A stretch of DNA of 64,000 nucleotides from a bacterium (GCA_043800535.1 JAZDMV010000023.1:27264-91263); one strand, 5' to 3'. Counted from the first letter of the stretch, positions 19,566-29,262 are shown. Translations and numbers: made by a program. Notes: a model not told the origin generated them from the sequence alone.

Positions 19566-20633
19566 TTACTCACTCGTCCCCAAATAAATAAGATTCGGAG
19601 ACATCGGGTCAATCTTAATCAGCTCAATCTTACGCGAAGTAGAAATCTGTTGAGTGGTCCAGGTCTGGCCGCTATTGGCTGACCGGTAAAAAACAGAGCC
19701 AGCGGCATAATATATCGTCTCCGGATTTAACTGGTCTTGAATAATTGCCGAAATCGCAGTTGAGCTTTCAGGCATCAAAATTTTAAGGTCCTGCCAGGTC
19801 TGGCCAGCGTCCCCCGACTTCATTATAGCGTCCGCCAATGCTGCGTATAAAATCCCAGAGTCGCGCGGGTCAATAACAAATCCAATCGCCTTTTTCGTCC
19901 CTAAAAAATCTTTGGCACCCAAGGGAAGTTCCTGCCAGGTTTGGCCAAAATCAGAGCTTTTTTGCAGGCCGTTATTTTCCGTATTTACATAAATTATCTG
20001 GCTGCTTTTTGGATCAATTTTAATATCAGAAATTCCGCTCGAGAACCATTTGAGCGACTGCCAACTGGTACCGTAATCCATGCTTTTCAGCAGGCCTCCT
20101 TCCGAAGTGCCAATATATAAGAATCCTTCATTACGCCGGTCTGCCTCAACGGCCGTCACCGCTGCTCCTTCTTTTGAAATAACATACCCCTCCTGCCAGC
20201 TGACGCCTCCGTCTTGGCTCCGCAAAAGCTTGCCAAAACTATTTTGCAAAACCGCCGCGAAAATGTAATTAGGATTTTTATTGTCAATTTCAACATCATA
20301 AACATCCGCCCTTTTATATAATACGTTGTTGTTATCAGAAAGTTGCTGCCACGTCTCTCCTTCGTTTTCGCTTTTATAAATACCGTTTCCCTGCGTGCCC
20401 ATAAAAAGAATGCTGGGCCTTGCATTGTCTATTGCTAATGACAAGACACCCATACGCCCGATATCCTGTTTTGCACTAATTTTAACTTTCTGCTGCCAGG
20501 TTGAGCCAAAGTCATCCGAACGGAAAATCCCTCCGTCCTTTGACAAGTTGCAGCTAAATGGCAAAACAGCGGCTGTAAAAACAAAAACTGGCGCAATAAA
20601 TATAAAATTTGCTTTTTCAAAAAATTTTGGCAT
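19566..20633 (-). CDS. Secreted BNR/YCF48-like beta-propeller protein
   Basis: Repeated SxDxGxTW (Asp-box) motifs and an N-terminal signal-like segment. Confidence 0.8.
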   Translation of the reverse strand: MPKFFEKANFIFIAPVFVFTAAVLPFSCNLSKDGGIFRSDDFGSTWQQKVKISAKQDIGRMGVLSLAIDNARPSILFMGTQGNGIYKSENEGETWQQLSDNNNVLYKRADVYDVEIDNKNPNYIFAAVLQNSFGKLLRSQDGGVSWQEGYVISKEGAAVTAVEADRRNEGFLYIGTSEGGLLKSMDYGTSWQSLKWFSSGISDIKIDPKSSQIIYVNTENNGLQKSSDFGQTWQELPLGAKDFLGTKKAIGFVIDPRDSGILYAALADAIMKSGDAGQTWQDLKILMPESSTAISAIIQDQLNPETIYYAAGSVFYRSANSGQTWTTQQISTSRKIELIKIDPMSPNLIYLGTSE

Positions 20634-20635
20634 AT

Positions 20636-21673
20636 TTAAAATTTTAACAATAAATTTTCTAAAATTAGCCTGGCGTTGAAGCTGCTTTCACCAAGTAACC
20701 TTTGCGTCTCCTGAATATTTTTTATCAGGACACAAATTTTGCTAAACGGATATAAGCCGCTTTTTTCTTCCAGAATAGTCAGATTTTTTGCACCAACGCC
20801 CGCCAGCATCTGATCCCGAAACCAAACCAACCACTGCCCCAAAGCTTCTTGGGCTTCGGGCGTATTTTGCGCCATTTTCTGGGCATATCTGAACCTCTCG
20901 GAAAAATCTTTTTTTATCAGGTATTTCAGGTCGTCAACTAGTTTTTCCTGCCTCTGCCACGCCTCGTCTTCATTTAAAAGCGATACTGCCGCGCCCGGCC
21001 TGCCGGCTGATAATCTAGCCGCTTGTTTTATTTTTTTGTCATTTCCTGCACCAAGTTTTTTTAATCCTTCGGCGATCAAATTTTCTTTTACTGGCAGAAA
21101 TTTTATCAATTGGCAGCGCGAAACAATTGTTGCAAGAAGCGCCTGCGGCCGGCTCGTTATCAAAATCAACAAACTTTTTTGCGGTGGTTCTTCAAGCGTT
21201 TTTAAAAGGCAATTAGCCGCTTCCTGCGTCATTTTATCTGCTTCGTCAATAATTATCACTTTTTTTGTCGCAGAAAAAGGCGTTAAGTTCAGCTGATGCT
21301 GCAATTCGCGGATCTGGCCGATTTTTATTTCCTTATTTTTTACTTGTTCTTCCTCTTTCTCACCATTAATTGCTGCTTTGCTGCTTTCGCCGCCTGGTAC
21401 AACAAATAAAACATCGGGGTGCCTCCCTTGTTCAATCAGCAAACAGTTACGACACTTGCCGCCACGCTCAGCGTGGCTAGAGACGCGCTCAGCGCGCTCG
21501 CAAGCGCCGGAACCATCCGCCGCGTTTTGACATAAAAGCGCCTTTATAAATTCAAATGCGACTATTTTTTTTCCAACCTTCGGCGGACCGGCAAAAAGAT
21601 AAGCATGCGCCATGCGCCCGGTCTTTATGCTTCGCGACAAAAAATCAATAATTTTTTGATGGCCGATAATCAT
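20636..21673 (-). CDS. holB: DNA polymerase III delta prime subunit
   Basis: AHAYLFAGP, Zn-module Cys residues, HPD, AANCLLKTLEEPP and TIVSRC motifs. Confidence 0.9.
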   Translation of the reverse strand: MIIGHQKIIDFLSRSIKTGRMAHAYLFAGPPKVGKKIVAFEFIKALLCQNAADGSGACERAERVSSHAERGGKCRNCLLIEQGRHPDVLFVVPGGESSKAAINGEKEEEQVKNKEIKIGQIRELQHQLNLTPFSATKKVIIIDEADKMTQEAANCLLKTLEEPPQKSLLILITSRPQALLATIVSRCQLIKFLPVKENLIAEGLKKLGAGNDKKIKQAARLSAGRPGAAVSLLNEDEAWQRQEKLVDDLKYLIKKDFSERFRYAQKMAQNTPEAQEALGQWLVWFRDQMLAGVGAKNLTILEEKSGLYPFSKICVLIKNIQETQRLLGESSFNARLILENLLLKF

Positions 21674-21756
21674 ACAAACTCAAAACCATAGCCATAAAAA
21701 TCAAAACTTCAAGCTGTTCTGCGATCTTGACATTTGAGTTTTGACATTTGAACTTT

Positions 21757-22863
21757 TTATATATTATACCCCACTTTCTTCAAAAAATCTATCAGCTCCC
21801 GCCTGAATCTTTCTTCTGAAAACTTCTCCGCCCGTTTATGGATAACAAGAGGGCTATAATTGGTGAGATTCTCGCGCAGGCGGCGGACTCCGTCCGCCAA
21901 AATCTCCGGCACCGCGTCGTAAAAAAATTCACCCGTTACGCCCGGAATTATTGTTTCAAGCGCGCCACCTCTGCCAAAAGCCAGAACCGGCTTGCCCCAA
22001 CCCATTGCCTCAACGGGCGCTATGCCAAAATCATCTTCGCCCGCAAAAACGAAAGCGGTGCAATTCTTCAGGTATTTATTTTTTTCCTCCTCGTTTCTTT
22101 CGCCTAAGAATTTAATTGTCGGGCCAGCCAGCTCCTCTAATTTTTCTCTTTCCGGCCCGTCACCGATTATTAAAAGCAGCAATTTCAAACGATTAAACGC
22201 CTCAATTGCCAGGTCAATGCGTTTATAGGGTGTCAGCTGCGATACAATCAGAAAATAATTTTCATCTTTTGCTGTCCTGAATTGTCCAAACGTCGGCAGA
22301 CAAACAGGCGGGTAAATAATAAAAGCGTTTCGGCGATAATACTTTTGTATTTTTTCTCTTGTCGCTCTGGAATTAGCGATAAAATAATCGGGCCGCCGCG
22401 ATGAGGATTTATCCCATATCCTCAAATAATGTACTACTAAAGTTGCCAAGGCCCGGCGAACTGGCCCAAAGTCTTGCTCGCGGATATATTGCTTGTTCCA
22501 GTCCCACAGAAACCTTGAAGGCGCGTGACAGTAGCAAATGTGCGTGGTGCCGGGCCGGGTGATTATGGATTTGGCGAAAGCCGAAGACGAAGAAATAACC
22601 AGATCGAATTCCCGCAGATCAAATGTTTCGGCCGCTACTGGTAAAAATGGCAGAAGGTGTTTCTGCCGGCGCCTGATAAATTTGGGCAGCTTTTGCAAAA
22701 AAGATGGCCGTATGTCTGCCCCTGCCAAAACTCCGCCCATTTTTTCTTCGTCGTATAAAAGAGTGTAAATCGGAGCTTCAGGAAAAATTTCATGCAATTT
22801 TAAAAGAACCCTCTCCGCCCCTCCTAATCTAATTAAATAATCGTGGACTAAAGCGACCTTCAT
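21757..22863 (-). CDS. GT4 glycosyltransferase
   Basis: MKVALVHDYL..GGAERV, YKRIDL and EDDFGIAPVEAM motifs; ATGA overlap with the upstream gene places the start at 22863. Confidence 0.9.
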   Translation of the reverse strand: MKVALVHDYLIRLGGAERVLLKLHEIFPEAPIYTLLYDEEKMGGVLAGADIRPSFLQKLPKFIRRRQKHLLPFLPVAAETFDLREFDLVISSSSAFAKSIITRPGTTHICYCHAPSRFLWDWNKQYIREQDFGPVRRALATLVVHYLRIWDKSSSRRPDYFIANSRATREKIQKYYRRNAFIIYPPVCLPTFGQFRTAKDENYFLIVSQLTPYKRIDLAIEAFNRLKLLLLIIGDGPEREKLEELAGPTIKFLGERNEEEKNKYLKNCTAFVFAGEDDFGIAPVEAMGWGKPVLAFGRGGALETIIPGVTGEFFYDAVPEILADGVRRLRENLTNYSPLVIHKRAEKFSEERFRRELIDFLKKVGYNI

Positions 22864-23993
22864 TTTTCCGTCAAAAATTGCAGCGTCTCCTTCGCGCATT
22901 TTTTCCAACTAAACCGTTTTAAATTTTCGTATCCCAATTCTATCAGCTTATCACGCGCCTGCTTGTCGTCAATCAATTTGTAAATAGTTTCCGCGATCTC
23001 TTCAGAGTTTTTTGGACTAACAAGCAATGCCGAATTGTTTACCACTTCCGGCATGCTTGATATATTCGAAGTGACTACGGGAATACCAGCGGCCTGCGCC
23101 TCCAAAATCGGCATGCCAAAACCCTCATAGAGCGAAGGGAAAAGAAATACGTCTGCACCGGACAACAATTTTTGCTTTTCATCTTCGCTGACATAGCCAA
23201 GTTCGTGGACTTGAAACTTGAAACTTGAGACTTGAGACCTTATTTTATCATAGCCGAATCCCGGCGAGCCGACCAAAACCAATTCATGCGGGATTTTGTA
23301 CTTCTCTTTTAATGTATTATACGCCTCAAGAATCCCCAAAACATTCTTTTTCAATTCAATTCGTCCTATATACAACAAATATGGTCTGTCTACATCTGTC
23401 ATCCCGGGCTTGACCCGGGATCCAGGCTGTGGACTCTGACTTTTGTCAGATTTGCAAAATGACACTCCGTGATGTACTACGGTAATTTTTGATTCATCTG
23501 CCTCATATAGCTTCATCAAATCATTTTTCGTACTTTGGGACACCGCAATAATTTTTCTTGCATGCTTGACCGCATATTTTGTGCTCCATCGCAAATATTG
23601 CCGGTGACGCCACGGATACATTTCGGGAAAATACTCGTATTCCAGGCCATGAATCGTAACGACTGAATTTTTCGGATGCACCAACGGCAAAACATGCACT
23701 GGAATAAAAAGCGCATCGGGCTTATTAAAAACCATCTCCGACGCCAATCTCAACTGCGTCCACATCGGCAAAGGCCATTTTAATTTTTTGACCTGAAAAT
23801 TCTCGGGCAATTCAAAGTCAAATCTGGGTAAACCCGCCTCCGCTCTTCGAGCTACGGCGGGCAAGTATAACAAAAATCGATGCTCCCCAGCTTCTGGCAG
23901 CATCGTTAAATGTTTTATCAACTGGTATACATACTCTTCAACGCCCGTTCGCGGCTGTTTTATCGCCGCCGCAGCGTTAATTCCGATAGTCAT
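22860..23993 (-). CDS. GT4 glycosyltransferase containing repeat-derived insertions
   Basis: TGVEEY, TIHGL, KKN and FPSLYEGFGMPILEA motifs. Confidence 0.9.
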   Translation of the reverse strand: MTIGINAAAAIKQPRTGVEEYVYQLIKHLTMLPEAGEHRFLLYLPAVARRAEAGLPRFDFELPENFQVKKLKWPLPMWTQLRLASEMVFNKPDALFIPVHVLPLVHPKNSVVTIHGLEYEYFPEMYPWRHRQYLRWSTKYAVKHARKIIAVSQSTKNDLMKLYEADESKITVVHHGVSFCKSDKSQSPQPGSRVKPGMTDVDRPYLLYIGRIELKKNVLGILEAYNTLKEKYKIPHELVLVGSPGFGYDKIRSQVSSFKFQVHELGYVSEDEKQKLLSGADVFLFPSLYEGFGMPILEAQAAGIPVVTSNISSMPEVVNNSALLVSPKNSEEIAETIYKLIDDKQARDKLIELGYENLKRFSWKKCAKETLQFLTEK

Positions 23994-24047
23994 ATGCTTA
24001 TATTTTACAAAAAAAGGGGGGATTGGAATATCCCACTTTTGCGGGTT

Positions 24048-24491
24048 TTAATCTTTCCATCCATATTCACCATATGCAATTCCCTTCAAATAGAGCCTAA
24101 ATACTTCTTTGATATAATCAACTGTATTCTTTGGCGGTTTTTTTATTGGGAAAAATCTCATATCATCACATTTATGTGGCTCCATAATTTTTGGCTCACC
24201 CTTCCAGTTCTTTACTGTAAAGAAAATATCTATTCTTTCTCCATCGTCTGCCCTTCTGCTCAAAACATGCACAAGACGAACATCTTTTAATCTAATTGAA
24301 ATCCCAATTTCTTCTTTTATTTCACGTATTAATGCTTGACCTATTGATTCCTTCCCTTCCAGATGGCCGGAAGGTAGCCCATATTGACCATCACAAAAAC
24401 CTGTTTGAAATCTTCGTATCAAAAGAACTTCATCTTTTTTTGTTAAAATAAGGTACACTGCGGGTATTATCTTGAATCTTTGTTTTTTCAT
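24048..24491 (-). CDS. NUDIX hydrolase
   Basis: Nudix box GHLEGKESIGQALIREIKEEIG; EPHKCD. Confidence 0.9.
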   Translation of the reverse strand: MKKQRFKIIPAVYLILTKKDEVLLIRRFQTGFCDGQYGLPSGHLEGKESIGQALIREIKEEIGISIRLKDVRLVHVLSRRADDGERIDIFFTVKNWKGEPKIMEPHKCDDMRFFPIKKPPKNTVDYIKEVFRLYLKGIAYGEYGWKD

Positions 24492-24501
24492 TTTACCTCC
24501 G

Positions 24502-24915
24502 TTATTTTATTTTTTCCAAATCGCCATTTATTATAACGGGCTTCATCGCTTCAGTTTCAGTCCTATAAAATTCAAACTCCGGCAAAGGATTTAATATAAA
24601 TATTTTTTGGTTCAATACATGCGCAAAACCAATTTCCAAGAAAGTGTTTGCACCGATATAATTTTTCACGCCGTTTTTATCATAATTTAAAACCAAAACC
24701 GCATCCGCACCTTGCATTTGCCGCCAAAATTCACGAATCGCGTCCATATTGTATTTTTGGTGCAACTTAATCTTTTCCTTCTCTTCGTCGCTTTTTCCTA
24801 TTAAATTATAATGCAACGGGGTCAAAAAACCTTCATGCCCATACGTTTTCAGCGCATCACATACCTCCAGCATTTTCTCCGTAAATTGCATACTGCCGAT
24901 AATCCCAATTTTCAT
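24502..24915 (-). CDS. Hypothetical protein, nucleoside 2-deoxyribosyltransferase-like fold
   Basis: IIGSMQF...ADAVLVLN...YIGANTFLEIGFA pattern. Confidence 0.6.
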   Translation of the reverse strand: MKIGIIGSMQFTEKMLEVCDALKTYGHEGFLTPLHYNLIGKSDEEKEKIKLHQKYNMDAIREFWRQMQGADAVLVLNYDKNGVKNYIGANTFLEIGFAHVLNQKIFILNPLPEFEFYRTETEAMKPVIINGDLEKIK

Positions 24916-24926
24916 ATGTTAAAAAA

Positions 24927-25940
24927 TTATTTTTTACTCATCACACTTCTCTTATACACATCAAGATGGTCTAGCGCAATGCCTGCGCCTTTGGCCACGC
25001 ACAGAAGCGGGTCTTCGGCCACAAAACAGGGCACGCCCGTCGCCTGCGTGATAAGCTCGTCAAGGTTGCGCAGGAGCGCCCCGCCGCCCGATAAAATCAT
25101 ACCTTTGTCCATCACGTCAGCCGAAAGTTCTGGCGGCGTATCGTGCAAAACAATTTTTACCGTCTGCACTATCTCCCGCAGACTGTCCGCAATCGCATCG
25201 GTAATTTCGTTGGTCTTGACCGTTATATTCTTTGGCAGACCGCTTATTAGATCACGGCCTCTTGTTTCAAAACTCAGCTCGTTTTTCTGCGGCAAGGCGC
25301 TGCCCACCGCAATTTTTATTTCTTCGGCTGTCCGTTCGCCCACTGCCAGATTATATTTTTTACGCAAAAATTCGGCAATCGCCTGGTCAAGCTTATTTCC
25401 GCCTATTCTGACCGAAGCCCAGGCAACGATTCCGCCAAGCGAAATCACGGCTACTTCAGAAGTGCCTCCGCCAACATCAATTATCATATGGCCAACCGGC
25501 TCGTTAATGGGAATGCCTGCACCAATTGCGGCCAGCACCGGCTCTTTAACGATATAGGCGGCCTTGGCTCCTGCATTTAAAGTCGCGTCAACCACGGCAC
25601 GCCTCTCTGTTGAAGTAATGCCGGCCGGCACAGCTACCATCACATCCGGCCTAAAAATTCTTACAGAACCCGTGGTCTTGTTGATAAAATAACGCAGCAT
25701 TGCCTCGGTCACCCGATAGTCGGCAATTACTCCGTCTCTCATGGGCCTGGAAGCCACAATCGTGTCGGGCGTCCGGCCAAGCATCTCCCGCGCTTCGTTG
25801 CCAACAGCCAAAATCCGGTTATCGTCCAACGATACCGCCACGACCGTCGGCTCGTTTATGACAAGCCCCTTGCCCGGTACATAAACCAGGGTGTTGGCCG
25901 TGCCAAGGTCAATGCCGATTTTTTTGATGAAAAACGCCAT
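24927..25940 (-). CDS. mreB: MreB paralogue (Mbl-like)
   Basis: IGIDLGTANT, RPMRDGVIAD and DVGGGTSE motifs; directly downstream of murA. Confidence 0.9.
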   Translation of the reverse strand: MAFFIKKIGIDLGTANTLVYVPGKGLVINEPTVVAVSLDDNRILAVGNEAREMLGRTPDTIVASRPMRDGVIADYRVTEAMLRYFINKTTGSVRIFRPDVMVAVPAGITSTERRAVVDATLNAGAKAAYIVKEPVLAAIGAGIPINEPVGHMIIDVGGGTSEVAVISLGGIVAWASVRIGGNKLDQAIAEFLRKKYNLAVGERTAEEIKIAVGSALPQKNELSFETRGRDLISGLPKNITVKTNEITDAIADSLREIVQTVKIVLHDTPPELSADVMDKGMILSGGGALLRNLDELITQATGVPCFVAEDPLLCVAKGAGIALDHLDVYKRSVMSKK

Positions 25941-25945
25941 ATTTT

Positions 25946-27217
25946 TTATGCACTAACTTTTTTTATATCCGCCCCCAACCCCGACAACCTTTCTACTAAC
26001 GCCTCATACCCCCGTTCGATCTGATAAATATTATCTATCTCTGTTTTCCCTTCGGCGATCAATCCTGCCATAACCAGCGCCATCCCGGCTCTTAAGTCAG
26101 GACTGACCAATTTGCGGCCATGCAATTTTGTCGGTCCGTTAACAACAATGCGATGAGGGTCGGCCAGGATAATATTTGCACCCATTTGTGTCAGCAGGTC
26201 CGCAAAGAGCAGGCGACGATCGTAAAGCGTTTCATGAATTAAGCAGGAATCACGCGCCTGCGTCATTAGGACAGTATAGGCTGATTGCAAATCTGTGGCA
26301 AATCCCGGGTATTCGTGAGTTTTCAGATCAAAGGCTAATATATTTTTGCTCGGGGAAACTTTTATGCTGTCTCTGCCTAATTTGTAATTTACACCTGTTT
26401 TATTAAACTGCGCCCACAGTGCCTCAAGATGCATCGGCTCACATTTCTTTATTAAAATACTGCCAGAATTTGAAGCGGCCGCCAGCATCGCAAAAGTACC
26501 TGCCTCTATCCTGTCAGGAATAATTTTATACTCGCCGCCGCCCAATTTTTTGACTCCTTTAATTTTTATCGTTGAAGTTCCAGCACCATCAATTTTTGCC
26601 CCTATTTTATTTAAAAAACCAGCCAACGCGGGAATTTCCGGCTCCATGGCACAGTTTTTTAAAATTGTCACGCCTTCGGCGAGACAAGCCGTTGTCATCA
26701 AACTTTCCGTGCCCGTCACTGTCATTTTTCTGAAAAATATTTCCGCTCCTTTTAATTTTTTTGCGGTTAGCCGGTAGTGATTATCAAATATCTTAACTTT
26801 CGCGCCCATTTTTTCAAAACCATCCAAAAATTCATCGATCGGCCTAGTTCCCGCGCCGATGACACAACCGCCCGGATGCGGAAAATAAACCTCCTGGCAG
26901 GTTGCTAAAAGCGGGCCCACAAACATGATTGAGGCCCGAAACTTGTTAATAAGCGCTGATGACAAATTAACGCAAACTTTGCTTTTGAACTGGATCTCAT
27001 CTACTCCTTTTTTTATTTTTTTTACGTTGTGCCCTAAAGCCACAAGCATCTCCTCTGCCCGCCTGCAGTCCTCAATTTCGGGCAGATTTGTCACTAAAAT
27101 CGGCTCCTGTGTCAAAAGAGCCACGGGAAAAATTTTAAGCGCCGCGTTTTTTGCGCCTCTGACCTCAATTTCCCCTTCGAGCGCCTTGCCGCCATTGATG
27201 ATAAATTTATCCATCAC
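25946..27217 (-). CDS. murA: UDP-N-acetylglucosamine 1-carboxyvinyltransferase
   Basis: GAKNA, RAS, PGGCVIG..RPID, PDRIEAGT, DLRAG and IERGYE motifs. Confidence 0.96.
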   Translation of the reverse strand: MMDKFIINGGKALEGEIEVRGAKNAALKIFPVALLTQEPILVTNLPEIEDCRRAEEMLVALGHNVKKIKKGVDEIQFKSKVCVNLSSALINKFRASIMFVGPLLATCQEVYFPHPGGCVIGAGTRPIDEFLDGFEKMGAKVKIFDNHYRLTAKKLKGAEIFFRKMTVTGTESLMTTACLAEGVTILKNCAMEPEIPALAGFLNKIGAKIDGAGTSTIKIKGVKKLGGGEYKIIPDRIEAGTFAMLAAASNSGSILIKKCEPMHLEALWAQFNKTGVNYKLGRDSIKVSPSKNILAFDLKTHEYPGFATDLQSAYTVLMTQARDSCLIHETLYDRRLLFADLLTQMGANIILADPHRIVVNGPTKLHGRKLVSPDLRAGMALVMAGLIAEGKTEIDNIYQIERGYEALVERLSGLGADIKKVSA

Positions 27218-27307
27218 AAAAACAATAATTTATGATTTTATCTTATACCAAATGCCGCCTTTTGACAATCTTGAAAAATATTCAAAAGTGCGCTATATTT
27301 GTAATTA

Positions 27308-28384
27308 ATGACTCTGCGCACAAGACGCTTGCTTTTTTGCTTTTTTGTTCTCGTATTCCTAGTCGCCACCCCGGGCGTTTTGTTTTATGCTGCTGGCTAT
27401 TCGTTTGACTGGCAGAATGCCCGCCTTATTAAGACCGGCGCTTTTTATTTTGACAGCCTGCCCAAAAACGCACAAATTTTTGTTGATAATGAACTATCGG
27501 GCGTAACTCCCAATTTTATCAGCCGCCTTTCACCAGAACAATATCTGGTTAGAATAAGTAAAAACGGCTACACCACCTGGCAAAAAAGTCTTCCGGTAGA
27601 AGAACAAATAACAACCGAAGCCAGAAATATTTTATTAATCCCGAAAAGTCCAAATATAACATGGGTAGCCGATACCGCCAGCTCGACAGAAAAATATTTT
27701 TTGACGCAGGCACAAAAATCTGCAAAACAACTAACTGATAAAATAGCCACCTCGACAAAGTTAAATTTTGCAAATCAGGCCATCTATCAGAATAATCTTT
27801 ATGTTCTGCAAAAACCCAATCTGATTCTTTATCGCGCAGACCTTTCAGGCGCAGTAAAACAACAGCTTTCGCGCGAACCATTGGCCACTTCCACTATTCC
27901 TTACCAGATAAAAATGTCACCGGAACAGACAGCCGTGTTTGAACCGGACGGCAAACTTTATCTTCTTAATAAAGACACCGGTACCTTTAAATTTTTGGCC
28001 GACGGCGTCCAGGGCGCTGATTTTTCTCCAGACAACGAAAAGATGTTTTGGTGGACCGCTCATGAGATCTGGGTCTACTGGCTGAAGGATGTTTATGGCC
28101 AGCCATACCGCAAGGCGGGCGACAGAGAACTCATCACCAGATATTCGGATAAAATAACCCAGGCCGTCTGGTTTGCCAAAACCAGCGAGAACATAATCTA
28201 TGGTGCGGCCGACAGCAACGGCCAAACCCAAATTAAAATCACGGAGCTTGACGGCCGCGACCAAAGAAACACTTTTGACATTTGGACAGCCAAAGACCCT
28301 GATATCTACTGGAACCAAAACAACGATTTGCTCTATGTTTTAACGGAAGGTAAACTGTATTCGGCTGACCTGCTTTCCAGCTAA
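27308..28384 (+). CDS. PEGA domain-containing protein
   Basis: N-terminal TM + YAAGY, PEGA-like SLPKNAQIFVD..TP...KNGYTTWQK, then propeller-like repeats. Confidence 0.8.
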   Translation: MTLRTRRLLFCFFVLVFLVATPGVLFYAAGYSFDWQNARLIKTGAFYFDSLPKNAQIFVDNELSGVTPNFISRLSPEQYLVRISKNGYTTWQKSLPVEEQITTEARNILLIPKSPNITWVADTASSTEKYFLTQAQKSAKQLTDKIATSTKLNFANQAIYQNNLYVLQKPNLILYRADLSGAVKQQLSREPLATSTIPYQIKMSPEQTAVFEPDGKLYLLNKDTGTFKFLADGVQGADFSPDNEKMFWWTAHEIWVYWLKDVYGQPYRKAGDRELITRYSDKITQAVWFAKTSENIIYGAADSNGQTQIKITELDGRDQRNTFDIWTAKDPDIYWNQNNDLLYVLTEGKLYSADLLSS

Positions 28385-28412
28385 TCCGTGAGCTTTTTGA
28401 CTTTGCAAATTT

Positions 28413-28443
28413 AAAGACCCCGCAGAAATTCTACGGGGTCTTT
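28413..28443. terminator. Bidirectional intrinsic terminator
   Basis: AAAGACCCCG...CGGGGTCTTT between convergent genes. Confidence 0.65.
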
Positions 28444-29085
28444 CTATTTCTCAAAAACAAAGTGGCCAATTATGCCGATGACCTTAGGCAACTGGGGTTT
28501 CGATATGGATGTGGAAATCCGTAACACTGAAAATCCATCTTCCAGCTGGTGCATAGGCCATGACGACCCGATAACATGCCTTTCCCGGCAATCGCGCATA
28601 AAGCTTACCCACTCGTCCGCCGTCATAACATTAATTCCGTAATAATGATATGATCGGCCTGATTCCAGCAAAAATCCTTTTCGCTGCCCAAGCCAGTCAA
28701 GCGCTCTTATCGCTTCGGTTAGCCCCTCCTCACAGCAAGGACACTGGAAATCGATCATTGGAATATGCCTGATTTTTTCGTCATCCATCCTTACAAGAGA
28801 AACCAATCCCATATTTTCGCGTTTCCTTTTTCGGCACAGCTTTGCCGTCGCCTCAAATGATTCTCCCAGTTCATCCTCCCCGATCCTGAACATCCGCACT
28901 CTTCTGTCGTAATTCCGCTCTGGATCATCATACGCTTCCATTCGCGGCAGTCGCCTGCCTGTTCGGTAAAAGATCAGCTCAAACTTTGCCACGCCATTAA
29001 AGCGAAGGATGAAACCGATAACCTGCTCCAGCGAAACATCATCAATTCTTTTGAAGCTTATTGCCCTTGGATCCAACGCCACCAC
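28444..29085 (-). CDS. Archaeo-eukaryotic primase-like orphan (primase 1D-like)
   Basis: HIPMIDF, LESGRSYHYYG and HQL..GFSVLRIS resemble AEP motifs. The AAGGAGG spacing suggests the true start may be TTG 29076. Confidence 0.6.
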   Translation of the reverse strand: MVALDPRAISFKRIDDVSLEQVIGFILRFNGVAKFELIFYRTGRRLPRMEAYDDPERNYDRRVRMFRIGEDELGESFEATAKLCRKRKRENMGLVSLVRMDDEKIRHIPMIDFQCPCCEEGLTEAIRALDWLGQRKGFLLESGRSYHYYGINVMTADEWVSFMRDCRERHVIGSSWPMHQLEDGFSVLRISTSISKPQLPKVIGIIGHFVFEK

Positions 29086-29110
29086 CTCCTTTTTTAAAAA
29101 AGAACAAAAA

Positions 29111-29239
29111 AAGTGCTCTAAAAGTTACTGCCAGGGACACCATTTCATACACCGGGTTCTCCCTACAGGCCGTTCGCGCCTGACGCGCCCCAGCTTCACC
29201 TCGCCTACGCCACCTGACACAATAACTAAAAGAGCACTT
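29111..29239 (-). ncRNA. Candidate rod-shaped structured RNA (6S-like architecture) downstream of rpsI
   Basis: 129-nt irregular hairpin with a central bubble; apparent mismatches become G-U pairs only on the minus strand; followed by a U-tract. Confidence 0.4.
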
Positions 29240-29262
29240 ATTTTTATTTACCGACTGCTGGA

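Noticed and set aside
29111-29239. 5S rRNA or SRP RNA identity, and a + strand 6S reading suggested by ATTTCATAC/TTCACCT
   Set aside because: Lacks the 5S CCGAAC loop context and the SRP GGAA-tetraloop/AGCAG motif; G-U pairing favours the minus strand, so the + strand word matches are probably chance
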